From an uncultured Phycisphaerae bacterium (lineage in GTDB: Bacteria > Planctomycetota > Phycisphaerae > Sedimentisphaerales > Anaerobacaceae), in NCBI GenBank assembly GCA_965372295.1, contig CBDVBU010000001.1:1-47562 (forward strand): DNA of 47,562 nt. Direction: 5' to 3'. Within the stretch, counting starts at the first letter, position 1; each line of letters opens with the position of its first letter. This document shows positions 25,536-33,079 of this stretch, in pieces. The notes under the pieces were generated by a model. It ran no database searches. It worked only from the letters and a program-made list of their open reading frames with translations, and was not told the DNA's origin. A program made the translations under genes and the position numbers.

Positions 25536-26321
25536 CTATCTAACGATGCCGTTTGCCGTTCGAAGCATGTCGTCGCCGGCCCTTATTGCACGCGAGTTTA
25601 TCTCGTATGCCCGCTGTGCGGTTATAAGGTTGACCAGTTCGTTCACCATCTGCACGTTGGACTTTTCCAGAAATCCGGACTGGATTGAGCCGAAGCCGCT
25701 TTCTCCCGGTGTTCCGGTCGTGGGCGTGCCGCTGGCCTTGGTTTCTGAGAGCAGGTTGCCGCCTTCACTTGAAAGGCCGGATGGATTCGGAAAGCGGGCC
25801 AGTTGAATCGTGCCTACGACCGATTGAGTTCCCGAAGAATCGGTAATATTAATTCCTCCGTCTTTTTCGATACTCACTGAAACGACGTCTGTCGGAACGC
25901 TGATAGCCGGCTCTATAGCATATCCGTTAGTGGTAACTAATTCACCGTTGGCATTTGTCTGTAGTGAGCCGTCGCGGGTGTACCGTAAATCCCCGTTTGG
26001 CATAGTCACCTGAAGAAAGCCGTCACCTGTAATAGCTATGTCGAGAGACCGGCCTGTACTCTGAAGCTCACCGGCACTGAATACTTTTATCGTCGATGCA
26101 GCACGGACTCCGCTGCCTATTTCTATGCCGCTGGGAGAATTAATGCCCGAAGCGACTTCCGTGCCGGGCTCTTCCATCGTAACATAAAGCAAATCCTGAA
26201 AATTAATCTGGCTTCGCTTGAATCCTGTGGTGTTGACGTTAGCGAGGTTGTTAGCGATCGTATCCACCATCGTCTGTTGAGCCGTCATACCGGTTGCTGC
26301 AGTGGAAAAAGCTCTCAACAT
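25536..26321 (-). CDS. flgG: FlgG, distal rod protein
   Basis: The N-terminus is MLRAFSTAATGMTAQQTMVDTIANNLANVNTTGFKR and the C-terminus is FLEKSNVQMVNELVNLITAQRAYEINSRAI. Confidence 0.9.
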   Translation of the reverse strand: MLRAFSTAATGMTAQQTMVDTIANNLANVNTTGFKRSQINFQDLLYVTMEEPGTEVASGINSPSGIEIGSGVRAASTIKVFSAGELQSTGRSLDIAITGDGFLQVTMPNGDLRYTRDGSLQTNANGELVTTNGYAIEPAISVPTDVVSVSIEKDGGINITDSSGTQSVVGTIQLARFPNPSGLSSEGGNLLSETKASGTPTTGTPGESGFGSIQSGFLEKSNVQMVNELVNLITAQRAYEINSRAIRAGDDMLRTANGIVR

Positions 26322-26352
26322 AATATTATTCTCCTTTTACCTTAGTGGCTTC

Positions 26353-27081
26353 TCAGCCCATAGCTACACTTATAAGACTGCTGGAAGTTTCCTTTGCCGC
26401 CGTGAGGGTTTTCATATTTGCTTCGTAGAGTCTGGACACCAGTATCATGTCCACCAGTTCGTCTATGATTTGTACGTTTGAAGCTTCCTGGTATCCTTGT
26501 TTAACGACTATATGTTCGGCTTCGATCGGTTGTATATTTTCATCCGGCATCCGATAGCAGCTATCGCCGGTTGGTACGAGTTTGTTTTCGTTATCGTTGA
26601 AATCGACCAGCCTGAATTTTCCAATTGCTATCTCGCCGGCATTGATAGTTCCATCACTCGATACGCTTAGTTGCGAGGTTCCAATATTGCCTGGTATCGT
26701 GATTGGGCCGGCCTGACCTGCCACAATTCGCCCCTGCGAATCCACCATTTGGCTGTTTTGATTTGTGATGAACGTGCCGTTGCGGGTGTAAAGCGGCCCT
26801 TCGGGAGTCTCTATCACGAAGAAGCCTTTTCCATGCAAGGCAAAATCCAACGGCCTTCCGGTCTCAACGATGCTGCCCTGGGAAAAATCAAATATTGAGT
26901 TCAAATCGATAGTACCGGGCGAATATGTCTCTGCATCTTGTGCCTCGAGGGATTTGGAAAATGCGTTGCATCTCCGCTTGAATCCGACTGTGCTTACATT
27001 AGCCAGGTTGTGCGCAATGATATCGAATTCCTGTGTTAAGGCATTAATGCTTGTACTAACCTGATCTGTAATCGCTGACAT
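26353..27081 (-). CDS. flgF: FlgF, proximal rod protein
   Basis: The N-terminus is LTQEFDIIAHNLANVSTVGFKRR and the C-terminus is YQEASNVQIIDELVDMILVSRLYEANMK. It lies directly upstream of flgG. Confidence 0.8.
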   Translation of the reverse strand: MSAITDQVSTSINALTQEFDIIAHNLANVSTVGFKRRCNAFSKSLEAQDAETYSPGTIDLNSIFDFSQGSIVETGRPLDFALHGKGFFVIETPEGPLYTRNGTFITNQNSQMVDSQGRIVAGQAGPITIPGNIGTSQLSVSSDGTINAGEIAIGKFRLVDFNDNENKLVPTGDSCYRMPDENIQPIEAEHIVVKQGYQEASNVQIIDELVDMILVSRLYEANMKTLTAAKETSSSLISVAMG

Positions 27082-27082
27082 T

Positions 27083-28387
27083 TCAGACTCCCTGCGCTAC
27101 TGCCGGCTCTGGTTCCTCTGACTTTTTATCATTACTGCCGTTGAAGGCCTGAGCAGTATTGGTTTTGGCCCTGGTTTTCAGAGAGGCCGCATTCGTAGCG
27201 CGAATTAGCTCGTTAATGTTCGGATCGCTGAGCCCTGTCAATTCAACCGCTATTGAAAAACCGTTTTTTATACTTTTCGTGTGCCGGACCTCGCCAATAT
27301 CTTCCACGATTTTCTCCGGAGCGGTCTTGCCGGTTCTTTGCGAATTTGGTTTCTGGCCCTCTTCTTCGCTCAACTTAAGTATCACCAGCACCCTGTCGCC
27401 CACCTTTACTTCCAGCGGAGCTTCTATTCGCAGGCCGGGGCCGGCCAGTTCAGTAACGGATGCGGGCACAAATTCCGGTGGTTCCCAACTGTTTCCGGAG
27501 ATATTAGTGGAATTTCCCCGAGTCCCTCCGCCGCTATCACTCTTGGGTTGAAGCATTCTTGCAAATGGGAATCGTGCGATGAAGGTCGGCTTGTTGACCG
27601 GAACCCGCAAAAAACGCCGGCGATTAATGAATCGTATGTTATCGCTGTGATTAAGAACCAAAATGTTGCCGTAGCAACTTATCGAAGAAGTCTCGAACTC
27701 CCAGACCGATGCGCCGAAATAATAACGCACGGACCAGAGTTCTCCGGGCTTGCTTTCCAAAGACACTTTTAGTTTGACGGTAAGTTCTACATCATTATTT
27801 TCTATGACAGTGGACTCGATATCTGCTTCGTCGCCTGCTTTGCGGCGAGTCATGTGAAGTTGTTTGCCTGTGGGAATTTGTTTGCTGCTGGGTTTATCCG
27901 AGTTTGCTGCTGAGCTTGCCGGTGTTGGGTGTTTTTTGTCGAAGCCGAGCTTTTCGCGAAGGACGGACAACTGAGCACTTAGATTTTTGCTTGCCTTAGC
28001 TCCACGACGTGCAAGGACATCTTTTGTTAATTCGGCGGCTCCGCGGTCAAAGGCGGTGAGCATAGTAAAAATTGATTCGATATGCTTTAGTTTCGTTCTG
28101 TTCGTTATATCCAGCAGGATTTGACGTTCTCGCCGGCTTAAACCCATTCTTTGGGTATAATTAGCAAACACTTTATTGGTGACATTTTGTTCTTTAACCT
28201 TGTGCTTATAACTGGCTGCGATGAGCAGCACAGTTAATATAATTATGGCAACCACACTCAGCAAGATAAACAGGTTCTGGTCTGTCGAGACGCTGTCAAG
28301 CCGACGAGCGGCATGCCACCGCTCGATAGGCGTCAGCGCTAAAAAAACAGCGTTTACTCCCGTGGTTATTATAGATGCAGTTACCAT
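27083..28387 (-). CDS. Membrane-anchored YcgR/PilZ-like protein (two N-terminal TM helices, PilZN-like and PilZ-like domains)
   Basis: The TM helices are ASIITTGVNAVFLALTPI and LFILLSVVAIIILTVLLIAASY. The C-terminal half has a YcgR-N-like beta region (LTVKLKVSLESKPGELWSVRYYF...). This is followed by an RxxxR motif (NRRRFLRVPV) and a degenerate (D/N)xSxxG equivalent (TELAGPGLRIEAPLEVKVGDRVLVILKL). Confidence 0.5.
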   Translation of the reverse strand: MVTASIITTGVNAVFLALTPIERWHAARRLDSVSTDQNLFILLSVVAIIILTVLLIAASYKHKVKEQNVTNKVFANYTQRMGLSRRERQILLDITNRTKLKHIESIFTMLTAFDRGAAELTKDVLARRGAKASKNLSAQLSVLREKLGFDKKHPTPASSAANSDKPSSKQIPTGKQLHMTRRKAGDEADIESTVIENNDVELTVKLKVSLESKPGELWSVRYYFGASVWEFETSSISCYGNILVLNHSDNIRFINRRRFLRVPVNKPTFIARFPFARMLQPKSDSGGGTRGNSTNISGNSWEPPEFVPASVTELAGPGLRIEAPLEVKVGDRVLVILKLSEEEGQKPNSQRTGKTAPEKIVEDIGEVRHTKSIKNGFSIAVELTGLSDPNINELIRATNAASLKTRAKTNTAQAFNGSNDKKSEEPEPAVAQGV

Positions 28388-28405
28388 CTCACTTTTCCAA
28401 ACTTA

Positions 28406-30106
28406 CTATCTAATAAGACCGGTCAATTCCCGCAGTATGTCATTGGCAACCCTGATGGTCCTGGCGTTGGCCTGGAAGCCGTTTTGGGCCTGGATCATAT
28501 TGACAAACTCGGTTGCAACGTCAGCGTTGGATTTCTCCAATGATCCGCCATGGATCGTGCCTGCACCGCCGGTCATCGCCTGGGTAGCCACCGCTTCGCC
28601 GGAGTTGGCCGAGGGAATGTAATAACTACCTCCAGCACTTTCCAAACCTGATGTATTCTGAAATAGCGCAATCTGTAGAGTAGCAATGTTTTTCTTGATA
28701 CCATTTGAGAAAGCACCGATGAGTACACCTCCATTATTAACCGAGACGGATGAGAGCCTGCCTGCTTCATAACCGTCCTGTTCTCTTGCTACGGCGGTGG
28801 AGTTGCCGGCAAATTGTGTCAGGCCGTTAAACTGGCCTGCAGTACCCAAATCAATCGCTATAGTTTGCGGATTCGCTGTGTCATGTGCAAATGTTACAAC
28901 AAATTGGGCAGTGTCAGCAGTTGTGGTATTTAAGCCAGTGTAAGAACCATCGCTTGCGGCAAATTCGATTCCTTCGATTCGCCTGTTGTCGAGAGTTATC
29001 CCGTCGATATTACCTGTTATTGAGGTAAGTATCATATCCCATGTATTGGCAGTATCTGTCCTTACGAACGCAGCCGAGAGAGTGTGTGCGGCGCCCTGGG
29101 AGTCATAAACGGTAATACTGGCATTCTTGATCTCCTCGCCGCCGACCGTAGAGACCTTAAAATATCCCGGCAATGTCAAAGAATCAGTGCCGTCGCTTGA
29201 GGCTGTATAAGAGAGAGCTACATCGGTTTTACTAAAGCCGGAGCTGTCATCCTCTATTACTATTCGTCCGTCGCTTGAGATGCTTGCCGTGACATTACCG
29301 GCGCCGAATTGAGTATCTATATAAGTCAGTACATCGCTGATGGTTGTACTGGCATCAATATCCAGACCGGTGGCATCGGTCACTGCCGTGCCATCCGGTT
29401 GAATGCCTGTAACGAACAACTTTCCGTCCGTATCCACCGTGCCGAACGCTCCGCTAAACTGAACCAATTGATCGATTTCAGTACTTGAAGTAGCTGCCGT
29501 ACCGCTGCCGGTGGTAAAAGTTATATCTGATTTAATGATATTTGTCTCGGCTGTGGCAAGTGATGCATTTGAACTCAGGTTACCAGCGAACATTACTGAA
29601 GATGTGGCATTTGCTGCCATTGCTACATCGTAAGGTACATTAATACTGCTGACGCCGGTGGTCTGAAAAGCATCAGCTTCGCCAACTGAACCAATACGCT
29701 GAACAATATAGCCCGTGGCTGGGTCAACAAGGTTTGAATTGGCATCGACTGCAAACGAACCGCCGCGAGTGTAAGTGTTTTTCTCGCCGTCGCTCAAGAC
29801 AAAATAACCCTCTCCTTCCACCGCCAGATCCAAAGGATTACCTGTGTTTATGATATTACCCTGCGACATATTGGGGGAAATTCCAGCTATACCTACGCCG
29901 CTGCCTATCTGTTGCGGATTGGTGCCGCCGACACCGGATGTTGGTTGCGATGCTTTTTTAATCGTCTTGTTCAGCAGTTCCGAGAACGTTATTCTGCTTG
30001 ACTTAAAGGCGGTTGTATTGACATTGGCCAGGTTGTTACCTGCTATATCAAGCATTTTTTGGTGGGCTTCCAATCCAGTAACTCCTGCTGACAATGCAAA
30101 ACTCAT
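28406..30106 (-). CDS. flgE: FlgE, flagellar hook protein
   Basis: The N-terminus is MSFALSAGVTGLEAHQKMLDIAGNNLANVNTTAFKSSR and the C-terminus is SLEKSNADVATEFVNMIQAQNGFQANARTIRVANDILRELTGLIR. Confidence 0.9.
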   Translation of the reverse strand: MSFALSAGVTGLEAHQKMLDIAGNNLANVNTTAFKSSRITFSELLNKTIKKASQPTSGVGGTNPQQIGSGVGIAGISPNMSQGNIINTGNPLDLAVEGEGYFVLSDGEKNTYTRGGSFAVDANSNLVDPATGYIVQRIGSVGEADAFQTTGVSSINVPYDVAMAANATSSVMFAGNLSSNASLATAETNIIKSDITFTTGSGTAATSSTEIDQLVQFSGAFGTVDTDGKLFVTGIQPDGTAVTDATGLDIDASTTISDVLTYIDTQFGAGNVTASISSDGRIVIEDDSSGFSKTDVALSYTASSDGTDSLTLPGYFKVSTVGGEEIKNASITVYDSQGAAHTLSAAFVRTDTANTWDMILTSITGNIDGITLDNRRIEGIEFAASDGSYTGLNTTTADTAQFVVTFAHDTANPQTIAIDLGTAGQFNGLTQFAGNSTAVAREQDGYEAGRLSSVSVNNGGVLIGAFSNGIKKNIATLQIALFQNTSGLESAGGSYYIPSANSGEAVATQAMTGGAGTIHGGSLEKSNADVATEFVNMIQAQNGFQANARTIRVANDILRELTGLIR

Positions 30107-30143
30107 TTTTGTTTCTCCTTATATTGAAATTTTAAATCTAAAA

Positions 30144-30539
30144 TCAGTTTTTAACCGATATTACATTCCCTAAGGCGATGGTATGATTACCTGCGACTAA
30201 AATTATCTCGCCGTCCACATTATTGATAACTTTTTCGACGATGCCGCTTGTGATATCCCCGGCCCCGGTTTCATCCTCTGATGCGAATGAAATCTCCTTG
30301 CCTATCAACGAGTTGGCGTAGTTGCGTTCCGTGGTGGAAAGAACGCTTGCAAAGTTCGAATTCATTGATTCGAGCTGCTGCAGTTGTGAGAACTGCGCCA
30401 ACTGGGAAGCCATTTCGTTATTATCCAGCGGTTCCAGCGGATTCTGATTTTGCAGTTGTGCTATCAGAAGTTTCATATAATTCATTTGGATGTTGCTTGC
30501 ACTGTTGATGGCTGACGATGAATCCATAACTTTTACCAC
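30144..30539 (-). CDS. flgD: FlgD, hook cap/scaffold protein (short form)
   Basis: The FlgD N-domain signature is YMKLLIAQLQNQNPLEPLDNNEMASQLAQFSQLQQLESMN. It lies directly upstream of flgE. The start may instead be the ATG at 30527. Confidence 0.8.
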   Translation of the reverse strand: MVKVMDSSSAINSASNIQMNYMKLLIAQLQNQNPLEPLDNNEMASQLAQFSQLQQLESMNSNFASVLSTTERNYANSLIGKEISFASEDETGAGDITSGIVEKVINNVDGEIILVAGNHTIALGNVISVKN

Positions 30540-30625
30540 CTTTTCTTAAAGACTAAAATCCTATCAAGTTTCTTTCTGAATCCTGTTACAACCAGTCGGT
30601 TCTAAATCACCATACCGCATAACTG

Positions 30626-30641
30626 AGCAATCGTTGTGCCA
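30626..30641 (-). promoter_or_regulatory. sigma54 (-24/-12) promoter upstream of flgD-flgE...
   Basis: The minus strand reads TGGCACAacgaTTGCT, with exact consensus spacing. It lies about 88 nt upstream of the flgD start, in the 584-nt divergent intergenic region. Confidence 0.75.
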
Positions 30642-31123
30642 TATTAGAATTGCCGGCGGTTCTGTTATGCACAACTTCTTGTCAAAAAGAATGTTAGAGA
30701 GATTAAAAAAATGTACGAATTTTGAAACCAGTTCTCCCTGCGATTTATACAGAGGACATATCTTCCTATATCCAGAAAATTTTGCCGTTTTAACCTGGTT
30801 GTTATATTGGGGATTTCTCTTGTTTCGTTTTACTGCATCGAGTCTCGGCGTGACGTCCCATAAGAAACGCCACTATCTTGCTGCAAGTTTTACTTGCCGG
30901 TTTCGTACTTATTGAGGACAGCTTTACACCGAATCAGGTATGGTATGTCCTATAACATCATGGTATAATTTCAATGAGTATTTTGATCCGGCAGAAGCAG
31001 TGACATTATTGGCCCGTCCCATAAAATAATTAAAGTTGTTTCCGGCTGTCTGTCGATTTATGGCTTTGGGTTGACTACTTATCGTAATGGAATACCCGCA
31101 TGATTAAAACGACAGAGTAAGAG

Positions 31124-32641
31124 GTGCAGCTTATAGTTTCGGAAGGGACAAGTTTACTTAGAATTGTTGCAGTTAGCAGGGACCCCGAAGTTCAGCAGCT
31201 TGCTCAGCAGTATAGCCGGGAAGTTTTTGGGGCAGATGACCTGACCGATGCTCTGGATATCGTTAAAACGGTCAATCCGAATTTAATTCTTTTCGACCAT
31301 CGGTTTAATCCGAACCACATTCGCGAATTCCTAAATAAGGCCGATAAAAATTCGGTCGATGTTCCTGTCGTGGCGGTTGGCGGCGATGATAGTGACACTA
31401 AGCTATCAAATGAATTCATACGGATGGGGGCTTATGATTATTTGCAGGGAAGACAGGATTACGACAGGCTGGAGCAGATCATTAGCAGGATAAAGAATAA
31501 TTTAAGTACTACGGACCGGGATACCCGGGACGAAAAAGGAAGTTTGGAATCCGGTTCTAAACAAGGCGCGAGTCGTTTTTTCGCTGAGGACCTGGCTGCC
31601 TCTGTATCTATGGTCGGCAAAAGTTGTGCGACTGTCAATACCCTCAAGATGACTAAACTTGTTGCCGGGAGCCGATGCAATCCGATTTTGATAGTCGGGG
31701 AAACAGGTACCGGTAAAGAGGTAGTAGCCAGGGCGATTCATACTCTGCGACATCCCAACGAGCAGTTTGTAGCGGTAAATTGTGCAGCTCTTACAGCGAA
31801 TTTGCTCGAAAGTGAGCTTTTTGGTCATGTCAAAGGCTCCTTTACAGGGGCTGATCGCGAGAAGACGGGACTTTTGGAATTGGCCGGATCCGGTACACTC
31901 CTGCTCGATGAAATTTCCGAGATGCCGGTAGAGTTACAGGCAAAATTGTTGCGTGTGCTGCAGGAAAAAAGCTTCCGAAAGGTCGGAGGTATCAAGAATA
32001 TAGTCTGCAAAGCCAGTATAATGGCATCGAGCAATCGCATTCTCGAGAGTGAAGTTCGGGCCAATCGTTTTCGGCGTGATCTTTATTATCGCCTGAGCGT
32101 TAGTCCTATAACGCTTACGCCTCTAAGGTCGCCTGAGCGAAGAGAAGATATTAGGCTTCTGGCTGAGTACTTCCTTGAGACATCAACCATCTGTCCGGAC
32201 AAACGCGATAAGATAACATCCCTGACTCAATTAGCAATTGAGGCCCTGGAGAAACACGATTGGCCCGGAAACGTTCGTGAGCTTAGCAATGTAATCGAAA
32301 GGGCGATTCTGCTGGAAACAACGGAAAAGATAGGACTAAGCGGAATTGTAATCGATCCATCTGAATGCAGTCGGGTATCGTGTAGTCCGAAAGCTAACCT
32401 GATCAAAGGTTTTTCATTGGCAAAGGCCGAGCGCGAGTTGATTTCCCGGGCCTTGCAAGAAACAGGATGGCAAAAGACGCGAGCCGCCGCTCTCCTTGGC
32501 ATAACCAGAGCAACTCTTTACGCTAAGGTCAAACAGTATAGTATAGAGAAGGATTCTTGTACTGCAAATAACCTCGAAAGCGTTAAAGAAGAGCAAAATG
32601 AATTTCCGGCCTCATCTTTGTCTAAGTGCCTATCCGAATAA
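31124..32641 (+). CDS. sigma54-dependent transcriptional activator (bacterial enhancer-binding protein), FleQ/FlrA-like with a degenerate receiver domain (GTG start)
   Basis: The AAA+ core has [15 protein letters not shown], the GAFTGA-loop variant GSFTGA, and ELFGHVKG. The C-terminal Fis-type HTH is [20 protein letters not shown]. The N-terminal REC-like domain keeps the LILFD Asp but lacks the usual DD pocket, the T/S and the Lys (DYLQGR). Confidence 0.85.
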   Translation: MQLIVSEGTSLLRIVAVSRDPEVQQLAQQYSREVFGADDLTDALDIVKTVNPNLILFDHRFNPNHIREFLNKADKNSVDVPVVAVGGDDSDTKLSNEFIRMGAYDYLQGRQDYDRLEQIISRIKNNLSTTDRDTRDEKGSLESGSKQGASRFFAEDLAASVSMVGKSCATVNTLKMTKLVAGSRCNPILIVGETGTGKEVVARAIHTLRHPNEQFVAVNCAALTANLLESELFGHVKGSFTGADREKTGLLELAGSGTLLLDEISEMPVELQAKLLRVLQEKSFRKVGGIKNIVCKASIMASSNRILESEVRANRFRRDLYYRLSVSPITLTPLRSPERREDIRLLAEYFLETSTICPDKRDKITSLTQLAIEALEKHDWPGNVRELSNVIERAILLETTEKIGLSGIVIDPSECSRVSCSPKANLIKGFSLAKAERELISRALQETGWQKTRAAALLGITRATLYAKVKQYSIEKDSCTANNLESVKEEQNEFPASSLSKCLSE

Positions 32642-32657
32642 CGGTTCGCTATCACTT

Positions 32658-32761
32658 GTCATGCTAAACCCTTCGACTTCGCTCAGGACAGGCTACGTGA
32701 AGCATCTGGGTTGCGAACGGCGATATCAAGCCCAGATTCTTCGGCTTCGCCTCAGAATGAC
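32658..32761. repeat. REP-like intergenic element (two direct CTTCG(A/G)CTTCGC-TCAG cores, inverted GTCAT(G/T)CT termini, internal 7-bp hairpin)
   Basis: Inverted termini: GTCATGCT at 32658-32665 versus AGAATGAC at 32754-32761. Direct-repeat cores: CTTCGACTTCGCTCAGGA at 32671-32688 versus CTTCGGCTTCGCCTCAGAA at 32739-32757. Internal hairpin: ATCTGGG at 32704-32710 pairs with CCCAGAT at 32731-32737. The element is non-coding and lies just after the activator stop. Confidence 0.3.
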
Positions 32762-32971
32762 AAACGCTAAAGGAGGGTAATTCGGATAGGCTCTAAGCCT
32801 GTAGCGATTTGCTGATAAGGCTATAACCTTCCGGCATTTGTCAGAAAATCGGCCGGTTCGTATAGAATCCTGACATAACATTTCGATACAAATATTCTGA
32901 TTTGACACGATAGATTCATTTTTTGTGTTAAATGCCACGAAACACTCCTTATTCCCCACTTATACCAAGAC

Positions 32972-32987
32972 TGGCACAGTTATTGCA
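32972..32987 (+). promoter_or_regulatory. sigma54 (-24/-12) promoter upstream of the TPR gene pair / fliLMN-flhA train
   Basis: TGGCACAgttaTTGCA is an exact match to TGGCAC-N5-TTGCW. It is intergenic. Confidence 0.75.
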
Positions 32988-33079
32988 GTTCTCTTAAAAA
33001 AGAAGTTGTGAAATACGCCCTCATATTTATGGACCGGTTCGGATTTGCCTGTTTTAGACTGTGGGCGAGGTTGGAAGCT

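Noticed and set aside
30634-30915. A 93-aa + strand ORF in the 584-nt divergent intergenic region between flgD and the first sigma54 activator.
   Set aside because: Its start overlaps the minus-strand sigma54 promoter. The translation is Cys/Phe/Arg-rich with no motif, and there is no ribosome-binding site. It is more likely non-coding regulatory DNA. I also looked here for a c-di-GMP (GEMM-type) riboswitch and recognised none.
30941-30969. A possible sigma70 extended -10 promoter (TGGTATAAT at 30961-30969) for the first activator gene.
   Set aside because: The extended -10 is a good match. However, the -35 position reads TGGTAT, the resulting leader would be about 150 nt, and the region is AT-rich so such matches arise easily. 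I noted it but did not call it as a feature.
33008-33079. The GTG at 33008 and the ATG at 33029 as starts of the large TPR protein.
   Set aside because: Both would lie only about 10-30 nt from the predicted sigma54 transcription start and have no ribosome-binding site. The encoded residues (MKYALIFMDRFGFACFRLWARLEA) look non-native. The ATG at 33080 has GAGG upstream and gives a leader length like the other three sigma54 units. This is not proven.
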